From Octopus vulgaris (Eukaryota): a stretch of DNA of 64,000 bases. The DNA is taken from NCBI GenBank assembly GCA_951406725.2, contig OX597834.1:19096001-19160000 (forward strand). Direction: 5' to 3'. Positions 54,625-64,000 of this stretch are shown in pieces. Each line of letters starts with the position of its first letter. The stretch's first letter is position 1. The notes beneath the pieces were generated by a model. It was not told the DNA's origin. It worked only from the letters and a program-made list of their open reading frames with translations, and made no database searches. Both the position numbers and the translations under genes were made by a program.

Positions 54625-54795
54625 TACCTACCTATCTAGCTATGTCTGTCTGTCCGTCTGTCTGTCTGTCTGTCTCTTTGTATGTATGTATGTATGTATG
54701 TATCTATATTTCTATCTACCTACCTATCTATCTACCTACCTATCTATCTATCTATATATCTATCTATCTATCTATCTACCTATCTATCTATATCA

Positions 54796-54831
<36 letters not shown>

Positions 54832-54842
54832 GTATCTATCTA

Positions 54843-54932
<90 letters not shown>

Positions 54933-54933
54933 C

Positions 54934-55005
<72 letters not shown>

Positions 55006-55024
55006 ATCTATCTATATTGATCTA

Positions 55025-55065
<41 letters not shown>

Positions 55066-55155
55066 GTGGCTAATAAAGAAACATATCTATCTATTTATCT
55101 ATATCTGTCTGTCTGTCTGTCTATCTATTTATCTATCTCTATCTATCTATCTGTC

Positions 55156-55240
<85 letters not shown>
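54625..55240. repeat. (TCTA)n/(TCTG)n tetranucleotide array
   Basis: Directly visible. Confidence 0.95.
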
Positions 55241-55241
<1 letters not shown>

Positions 55242-55690
55242 AATCCCCCCCTCTCTCTCTAATTATATATGTATAGATGTACATGTGTGAAGATGCAATG
55301 GTACACACATCTTAAAATGTGTTTATATGTATCACGATATCTATGCCTTTTTGCTGCTCACATATGCCTGCATATGTGTCTGTGTGTGTGTGACTGCATT
55401 TGATGTCCTCAAATATAATCTAAGGCAAAGTATTTAATTGAATCTGATTTGAATGCATGTACTTATAAATAATGTGTGTGCGCGTGCGCGTGTGTGTGTG
55501 TTCAATTGTGTAATACCTTGTGCATTCCTCTACATGGATATTTTCTGTATGTGTTCTATGAGATGGGTATAGATTTTTGTATACACGGTGTATATGAAAA
55601 TGAGTGTGCTTGTGGAAAAATCATAAACTGTGTTGTATGAAATAGATCATGCTTGCTTTGATAATATAGTACACAATTTGTATTATGTAT

Positions 55691-55726
<36 letters not shown>

Positions 55727-55729
55727 TAT

Positions 55730-55937
55730 CATTATCATCATTTAACGTCCGTTTTCCATGCTAGCATGGATTGGACGGTTCAACCGGGGTCTGGTAAGCC
55801 ATGGAGGCTGCACCAGGCTCCAGTCTGGTTTAGCAGTGTTTCTACAGCTGGATGCCCTTCCTAACACCAACCACTCTGTGAGTGTAGTGGGTGTTTTTTA
55901 CATGCTACCGGCACAGGGGCCAGAGGAGGCTGGCAAT
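55730..55937 (-). mobile_element. Retroposon family D, 5'-truncated
   Basis: Reverse family D 3' end. Confidence 0.8.
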
Positions 55938-57009
55938 CTGTGTAATATATGTAATGTATACACAACTTTAGAGATACATTAACTTAATTATCAGCCACTA
56001 AACTACCAACACTGCTCTTATATGCATCATCTTTTTCTCTACTCTAACCACCACCACCTTCACCCCCCCTATATATATATATATATATATATATCATGAT
56101 ATTGGCCAGGTTGTTGTTACATCACTGGTCACAATGTGTTTTATATCATTTTACCTTTTGAATGAGGCCACCCCAATGGCTAGGTAAGCTGGCCAACATT
56201 CCCTCTGATCAGAAGGCTATTCTGTCACAGGTTTACCCATTTACTGCTAAGCAGAATGCAACAATCTGAAATGAAGGGTTTTGCTCAAGAATACAATGTG
56301 GCACCCAGTCTGGGAAGTGAACCCCCGATCTAACTATCATGAGTGCAATACTCTAACCACTAGGCCATGGATCTTCACACACACACACGTATTTAACTAT
56401 GTGTGTGTCATGATCCGGTAAGCCAGAGGCATGTGTTGAGCTTCAGTTTCTGTTTTGGTATTGTTTCCATGGATATATAGCAGGGTAGTGTCATTCGAAG
56501 GCTAAAAAGAACAATGCGAACGAATGTGACCAGCGATGTGTAACAACGTCTGATGGTCTGGTCGGTCACGTGATCACGTGATGTATGTACATATGTGTGT
56601 GTCTGTGTGTGTTGAGAAAAAGGATGCAGTCAGAAATTTGGATAATTCTTTCTTCGTCCTTTCATTTGTTTAACCTAACACTTTGGGATAAAAATTAAAA
56701 CGATCATTTTCACTTTAAATTTTTGTCTTGAAGATTTCAGTTAAATGAACAACAGTTCTAATAAAGAATTATCCAAAATTCTGATTGCCTCCTTTTTCTC
56801 AATATACAATATCTGTACACCACATCAAACACTCTATACACATACCTATACCAACATATACACACATATATATATATATATACATACACACAAATATATT
56901 TTCATATATATCTATATATATATATTAATAATAAAATATTAGGGAATAAATCCAAACTTACAGGGAAAATTCAGATTTAGGATTGAATCCAATTTTATAG
57001 TAAAATATT

Positions 57010-57402
57010 ATATTATATTAAATTAGAGATAAAACCACTATTAGGCAAATCATACAATGAAAAACTTAAGCCAATACATAAGATTAATTAATTTATATTA
57101 TTTAAATATATAACAAAATTATTAAAAAAGATAGTTAATATAACACTACGATCGTTTCATGGCTGTTCAATTCTTAAAATTTTCGAGTTACAGTCATTCA
57201 TCAGGTGGTTTAAATATTTAACTTGGCGAGTTAAATATGTAAACCACCTGAAAATTTTAAGAATTGAAACGATCGTAGTGTTATATTAATTATCTTTTTT
57301 AATAACTTTGATATATATTTAAATAATATAAATTAATTAATCTTATGTATTGGCTTAAGTTTTTCATTGTATGATTTGCCTAATAGTGGTTTTATCTCTA
57401 AT

Positions 57403-57412
<10 letters not shown>
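57010..57412. repeat. Fold-back Penelope-like remnant centred near 57226
   Basis: ATTAAATTAGAGATAAAACCACTATTAGGCAAATCATACAATG... is inverted at ~57265-57410; related termini at ~48140, ~31100 and ~63880. Confidence 0.85.
57142..57210 (-). ncRNA. Minimal type I hammerhead ribozyme, intact core
   Basis: AACCAC-CTGATGA-ATGACTGT...ACAGCCAT-GAAA-CGATCG-TA-GTGTT; palindromic stem III, GUA triplet, short stem I. Confidence 0.7.
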
Positions 57413-57448
<36 letters not shown>

Positions 57449-57717
57449 GTGCACACATGCAAACATTGCTCAGGAAGATGTGCATAAATTTTACTTATAT
57501 TTATATATAGATATCATTTATATTTGTTATTTGTATGATTCTTCATTAGATTATGCTAATATATAAGTGGATAGCCGTGCAAAATCATAAACATCCATTT
57601 ATCTTTATTAAAACCTTGGCTACAGCGTAGTTTTGAAATTTTTTATTTTCTTATTAAATGCAGGGTTTGTATTTGTATTAATATCTCCAGAAAGCACTGT
57701 GAAGGAGACAGAGATAA

Positions 57718-58046
57718 GCTTCTAGCAATCTGTGTTCCAAGAGTACTTTTGATTTTGGAGCATATCATCTTTTTTACATCTCTTTCATTACTAATAGCCT
57801 TTGGAAATGCATGAATATTACAACTCCAATTTATCATTTCTTGATTGAAACTGCTGATTACAGATTTCCAAGCAGAAATGCCAGACATTTAGTGTTTGAA
57901 ATTTTTAATTTTCCTGAATGGAAAAGAAATGAATTGTCTAGCATATTTTTTTTCTTTTCTTTATACATTAATACCTTATTTGGTATTACATGTTTTTATG
58001 TTACCATATTTGTTGCTAATAATCTTCAATGTATTTTTTCATATAT

Positions 58047-58050
<4 letters not shown>
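57718..58050 (+). pseudogene. Open coding-like frame (~110 codons), unknown family
   Basis: ASSNLCSKSTFDFGAYHLFYISFITNSLWKCMNITTPIYHFLIETADYRFPSRNARHLVFEIFNFPEWKRNELSSIFF... Confidence 0.35.
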
Positions 58051-58077
<27 letters not shown>

Positions 58078-58090
58078 TGACATGCACATG

Positions 58091-58121
<31 letters not shown>

Positions 58122-58373
58122 TTATATATATATATTTCGTTTTTGGATTTGGTTTGCAAGATTCTTTATATGAGTTCGTGTGTTGAAGCATATTCTGTTG
58201 TGTCTGGAGAGAGTCATTCTCTTTTTGTGCCTTATCATTTAACACACTCACCGGTAAAGTTTCCATTTATATATATATATAAATAAACAATATACATATG
58301 TGCACTTATGTGTATATGTGTGTGTGTGAGGGATATGCATGTGTGTTTGTGCATATATATATATATATATATA

Positions 58374-59664
58374 TACAGGATGTGGTGAATAAACTGTTGT
58401 CTAAATTACACAAAAATGAAAATAACACTGACATCTCATTTTAACACATATTTACCAAAACTGCATAAAATTATCTTCAAATACTAAAGAGTAAACTTAT
58501 TCAATAAAATCGCCATTGGCTTCAACCATGGCCTCCTGACGACTTTGGAATCTCCTGCAATTCTTCTGCATAGTCTCCTTGTTTAAGTTGGTGAATGCTG
58601 CCATAATCCTTGCCTGCTGTTCATCTTTGGTGTTACAAGGAGTTTTGTTTTTCTCTCACTCAACTACATCCCATACATAATAATCAAGGGGGTTGCAGTC
58701 TGGGGAATTAGGTGGCCAGATGTTAGGGATGATATAATTGCAGAAATTGTCTGACAGCCATGACTGGGTTCTCCTGCTTGTGTGGAATGGTGCAGAGTCT
58801 TGTTGCCAGGTATTGGGTCTTCTATCAGCCACCCTCTCGACCCAGGCAGCACTGCCTCCTGCAGTCACCTGATTTAGGCCTCCATGTTGAGTGTGAGGCT
58901 GTGTGGGAAGGTGAATGGAAGCATAACGTTACCATCACTAGTGACCACTCCAAACACCATGATGTTAACTGGATGTTTGATTTTTATCACTCTTGGTTCA
59001 TGTTTTGGGGACATGGCAAGTCAACAGTTGTTCTGTGTGTTCACCATCTGATCCTGGCAGAAAATTTTCTCATCTGAGAAAAACCAAAGTATGTTTGGTT
59101 GGAGGGTATGCTTGAGTTTGTTCAAAATCTTTGTAGCATGGTCTTTCCTTTTGTCCTTGATGGCTTGGGATAAAGTTGGCCCTTTCTCATCTTTTATGAG
59201 TAATATTGAATGTCTTCATGCACTACCTGCCTCATAAGAAACTCAGACACTCCCATCTTCCTGGTGATGAACCTGATTGACTTGGAGGGATCATTGTCAA
59301 TTATGGCCTGGATCTCACCAACAAATTCAGAAGTTCTTTTCTTATCAGAACGATCAGAGTGACTTTTCCGAGCTGCTGTACCTTCATAATCACCATTAGA
59401 CTCATCCAACTCTTTCTGAATCCTCAGCACTGTCCTCATATTGACACCCACACTCTGAAATGTTCGCATTGGAGCTTCCAGTGCGAATGCCAAGCAGCAC
59501 AGCATGTCGTTTCCAAATTTCTGGCAGAATGAATTGCATCATGGTGCTGCTTTTCTCACAGACGATTCCCAGCTGATCCTATTATAATGTGTAGTTGACA
59601 AAATCAAAAACAAGCAATGCACATGCAAAAGATTAAAAATATAAACTGGCGTTAATTTACCCAT
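58374..59664 (-). mobile_element. Decayed Tc1/mariner transposon, DD37D (maT) family
   Basis: Minus-strand transposase pieces: IDNDPSKSIR..ARKMGVS-like HTH, WFFSDEK, WQQDSAPFH-...-WPPNSPDCNPLDYYVW with 37 residues between the second and third Asp; TA target at left; stops and frameshifts present. Confidence 0.92.
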
Positions 59665-59668
59665 TTAC

Positions 59669-59787
59669 GCTTACGGCCATATCACGTTGAAAGCACCGGT
59701 TCTCGTCTGATCACCAAAGTTAAGCAACGTCGAGCCTAGTCAGTACTTAGATGGGTGACTGCTTGTGAAATCTAGGTGCAGTAAGCA
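59669..59787 (+). pseudogene. 5S rRNA pseudogene (full-length 119 nt)
   Basis: GCTTACGGCCATATCACGTTGAAAGCACCGGTTCTCGTCTGATCACCAAAGTTAAGCAACG...AGTACTTAGATGGGTGACTGC...GTAAGCA; conserved CCGATC, CCGAAG and GACCGC sites show transitions; no oligo-T terminator; single copy in window. Confidence 0.9.
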
Positions 59788-61009
59788 TAGCACAATGTTG
59801 TCCAACCCATGCTAGCATAGAAAACGGATGCTAAACGATGATGATGATGATGATGATGATCCTGTTCATACATTTGTGAAAATATATATATGCATGTATA
59901 TTTAGAAGGCTGTATGTTATGGCCGATTAGAGAGTGAACACTGGTTTTGCCCATATAAAGCACTTAGCTGTATAGGTAGTTTGTCAAACTCAAATGACCA
60001 GAGGCACATAACCTCACTGCAACTGGAGGGAAGAATGCATCATGGTCAGCCAATTTTGTAAGCAAAAAATTCTGGAATTCTGAAAATTCTACTGGCAAAA
60101 TCTTGGGCAAGGTGGAGTTATCCTTCTTAGATTGGTTCCAGTTTCATCTAAGTCAGGTTGGTTCCTTTTCTCTCGTGAGCAAGTGGCAAATTTCATGTTT
60201 CAACATGAATTTCCTCTGATGTGGGCACTGAGTTGATGTCTCTGTTTTGGAGTTTATGAAGGTCCCTGAATCATGTGAGTTCTTGCTCTTTCAGCCAACT
60301 ACCATACTTTGATAATTAGTTATACAGTGTTCAAATCCTGCCTAACCTAACTAACTTAGCTTTACCCATATTCTTGCTTTAACAGTTTAGTAAATGCAAT
60401 TTAATTTTCATAAGATCCATGCTATTAAATAGAAACCTAATAATTTTAAGCATCATGATTAATTACCTGTTTTCATAATTACATTCTATAACTATATTCT
60501 ATTAATCATTTTGTTTTTAATTTCTTGCCATAAATAATAGTGTCTCTTATATGTTTAGAATATAATTTTTCAGATAATTATCTGAATGCATAATAGAGGA
60601 ACTGCAAAAGAATCCAGTAGATTCAAGCTATATCCATGCATTTTGCACTAAGTATTTCGCCTGTACTGAACAAATAGCAAAATCATGCATGTGTATGTGC
60701 ATGTGTGTATGCACACACACACACACACGCGCACATGCACACACATACACAAACACACACACGCACACACACTGCAACTAAGTAATTAAGTGAACTTGGG
60801 CAACTGCTGCTTCTACCAGCAATATTGCTTCTAACGACAAATAAAGCATGTGACATTCATTAAAGGCCTATATTCACAAAGAAGAACCAGCTTTTACATG
60901 ATAGAGCTAAAGCCGGAATTGGAGACACTATAAAAATTCCTCTCATGTTCTTGCACTATTAATTCTCTCCATTTTTCTTTCATTTACTCTCTTTCTGTCT
61001 GTCTGTTTG

Positions 61010-61062
<53 letters not shown>

Positions 61063-61070
<8 letters not shown>

Positions 61071-61275
61071 CTATAAGTACAAGGCCTGAAACTTTGGGGG
61101 AGGGGAACCAGTCGATTGCGTCGACTCCAAGGTTTTGCTGGTACTTTATTTATCGACCCCAAAAGGATGAAAGGTAAAGTCGACCTTGGCAGAATTTGAA
61201 CTCAGAACGTAACGGTAGACAAAATACCGCTATGCATTTCCCCCACCATGCTAACATTTCTGCCAGCTCGCCACT
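61063..61275 (-). mobile_element. SINE family B
   Basis: Reverse family B sequence head to tail. Confidence 0.85.
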
Positions 61276-61303
61276 TTAATGTATGTTTATATATATATAT
61301 ATA

Positions 61304-61701
61304 CAGGAGTGGCTGTGTGGTAAGTAGCTTGCTAACCAACCACATGGTTCTGGGTTCAATCCCACTGCGTGGCATCTTGGGCAAGTGTCTTCTGCTATAG
61401 CCCTGGGCCGACCAATGCCTTGTGAGTGGATTTGGTAGACGGAAACTGAAAGAAGCCTGTCGTATATATGTATATATATATGTATGTGCGTGTATGTTTG
61501 TGTGTCTGTGTTTGTCCCCCTAGCATTGCTTGACAACCGATGCTGATGTGTTTACGTCCCCGTCACTTAGCGGTTCGGCAAAAAGAGACCGATAGAAGAA
61601 GTACTGGGCTTACAAAAAGAATAAGTCCCTGGGTCGATTTGCTCGACTAAAGGCAGTGCTCCAGCATGGCCGCAGTCAAAATGACTGAAACAAGTAAAAG
61701 A

Positions 61702-61703
<2 letters not shown>
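61304..61703 (+). mobile_element. SINE family A, full length
   Basis: Head-to-tail family A sequence. Confidence 0.9.
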
Positions 61704-61738
<35 letters not shown>

Positions 61739-62459
61739 TGTGTGTGTGTAGAGCATGTTTGTGCAGGCATAAATGCATGATTTCTTTATATATGTGTATG
61801 TGTACAAGTCTGTGTGTGTGTGTGTATCTGTAAATGCAATTATGTATACGTGTTCTTAACCTTGCACTTTTACTATTGTTTCGAAATAATTTTATGATTT
61901 GCTGACTTATTTTCTAAAGCTTAATGGTTGTACTGTTTTAAATAAAAATACTTTATGAGACACAATATCTTAATGGATTTTCTAATATAGCTGTAATGTA
62001 AGTATTAAAAAAAGATATCAGTGTTCAATTTTGTCAGTTCTACACATGTAGAAAAACGCATGCATATGCATTATAATCTTTCCTCATAGTAAATAAACTC
62101 GTTGGCACTCAACACAACCATTAGCAAGCTGGTGGTTATCTTCAGTAAAGTACTACCATTAATTCAATTAACGATGTCCCTGTGACGATGTATTGCATAA
62201 ACTCCTGTATTTTGTTCTGAGTCTTGCACTTGTGACCTCCTGCAGTAAATGGTGTTGGAATGGTTAAGGAGTTCTACGCATGTTTTATGACCTCGTCGTT
62301 ATGGGTTCAATCTCACTGTTTGATGCTTTGGACAAGTGTTTTCTGCTATTACTCCTGGTTGACCGGCGCCTTGTGAATGAATTTGGAAGAAGAGAACTGT
62401 GCAGAAGCTTGCGCGCGTGTGTGTATATATATGCAGATTTATACATGTGTATATATATA

Positions 62460-62669
62460 TTCTTTTATTCTTTTACTTGTTTCAGTCATTTGACTGCAGC
62501 CATGCTGGAGCACTGCCTTTAATCGAATGAATCGACCTCAGGACTTATTCTTTGTAAGCCTAGTGCTTTTCCTACCAGTCTGTTTTGCCGAACCTCTAAG
62601 TTACGGAGACGTAAGCACACCAACATCGGTCGTCAAATGATGGTGGTGGGGAAAAACACAGACACACAA

Positions 62670-62706
<37 letters not shown>

Positions 62707-62831
62707 AGACAGGCTTCTTTCAGTTTCTGTCTACCAAATCTACTCACAAGGCTTTGGTTGGCCTGAGGCTATAATAGAAGACACTTGCCCAAGATGCCAC
62801 TCAGTGGGATTGAACCCAGAACCATGTGGTT
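62460..62831 (-). mobile_element. SINE family A, 5'-truncated
   Basis: Reverse family A sequence. Confidence 0.85.
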
Positions 62832-62859
62832 ATATATATATATATATATATCATTTAAT

Positions 62860-63427
62860 AAATTACTGATGATGATTATTTTTCAGACAAAGAGTTTATC
62901 CTTATGCTGGCAGTTAGAGTGATTTGGACAATGAAGGTGATAAAAGTGATAAAGAAAGTAGTGCTTCAGGTGAATAAATATGGTAGTTGAAAGACAAACC
63001 TACTATTGTTATTCTCCTGAATTCTTTTGTGATTCTGTCCGTTAGTTTGCTTGCAATCATTACCCTTGAGCTGTATAAGAAGATATTTTTTTTGACTCAG
63101 AGGTCCAGGTGGTGGATAAAATTAGACACAGCAGCCCAAGTGTGAGAGGGTTCAATGTAATTATGCAATTGGTGTTATAAGATAAGGATGACTGAGAGAC
63201 ATAGGAATGGACTCAAAGGTTTGGACTAAAATGAACTGTAAGTGTATGTTTGTGTATTTTGGGAGTAGACTTTATGAATTGATACTGAAACCTTATTGTT
63301 TAGTAATGGTTTGCGCCAAATTGAACCAGATATAAAAATTAGAAGAGGTGCAGTGAATGTAAATGTAAGAGGAATTGGGGATTCATGTTTTGGGTTGAGT
63401 TACTACTCAGGTTTGTTTCCATTTTAG
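62860..63427 (+). pseudogene. Decayed ORF ending in a motif like the N-terminal region of Polinton/adintovirus protein-primed PolB
   Basis: LRDIGMDSKVWTKMNCKCMFVYFG (63192-) then, after one frameshift, IDTETLLFSNGLRQIEPDIKIRRGAVNVNVRGIGDSCFGLSYYSGLFP (63278-63421). Confidence 0.4.
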
Positions 63428-63669
63428 CTATTATTTATTTATGTGTGTGTGTGTGCATGGGAAATATATGCTTGCCTGAATGCCAGGCTTGACCATTAAA
63501 TCCACAAGTCCTTTTATTCACTCACTGTTTATTTTCTCGTATTCTTTTCTGTTCAAGAGCGTAAGCGCAAAACATAAAACACTTTCTCACTTTCCTGAGA
63601 ATCAAATTAATACACCTGCTTGTTGTTCATACACCTGTCTTTGTCATTCGTTTTTCCGTAAATTTCAAC

Positions 63670-63838
63670 TAGGTGCTAGAGGGGCTGCGTGGTAAGTAGC
63701 TTGCTTACCAACCACATGGTTCTGGGTTCAGTCCCACTGTGTGGCACTTTGGGTATGTGTCTTCCACTATAGCCTCAGGCTGACCAAAGCCTTGTGAGTG
63801 AATTTAGTAGACAGAAACTGAAAGAAGCCTGTCGTGTA

Positions 63839-63860
<22 letters not shown>
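63670..63860 (+). mobile_element. SINE family A 5' half
   Basis: Head through central microsatellite, then another repeat begins at ~63880. Confidence 0.85.
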
Positions 63861-63878
<18 letters not shown>

Positions 63879-64000
63879 ATTAAGAGAAATAACCTTTATT
63901 AAGTAATTCAATAGTGAAAGATATTCTAAAAATCACTAAATGAAATTTCTCTTAATTATAAACATATATTGTATATTGAAATTTGATTTAGTATTGCTAA

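Noticed and set aside
59669-59787. Functional 5S rRNA gene
   Set aside because: Isolated copy with substitutions at conserved positions and no oligo-T terminator; called a pseudogene.

Overview
AT-rich, repeat-dense animal genomic DNA, almost certainly cephalopod (Octopus-like), inferred from the SINE families, the 5S sequence and the very high microsatellite density. No intact protein-coding gene could be supported; nearly all listed ORFs are translations of microsatellites or SINEs. The window holds dozens of copies of three tRNA-headed SINE families and one (GAT)n-tailed retroposon family. It also holds two non-autonomous Helitrons, a Helentron/DINE-like element, a decayed DD37D (maT) Tc1/mariner transposon, a mariner 3' fragment, CR1-type LINE 3' ends, and a 5S rRNA pseudogene fused to a retroposon tail. 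Many fold-back remnants look Penelope-like: one carries a recognisable Penelope RT motif and several carry minimal hammerhead ribozymes. The most notable hypothesis is that the unique DNA between the repeats reads repeatedly as decayed coding sequence on the + strand. It includes a Bro-N-like segment (4.3 kb) and a motif resembling the N-terminal region of Polinton/adintovirus-type protein-primed PolB (63.3 kb). This suggests a shattered, gene-dense endogenous viral or Polinton-like fossil, possibly inside an intron of a minus-strand host transcript with non-coding exons. All translations and alignments were done by eye; repeat boundaries are approximate.
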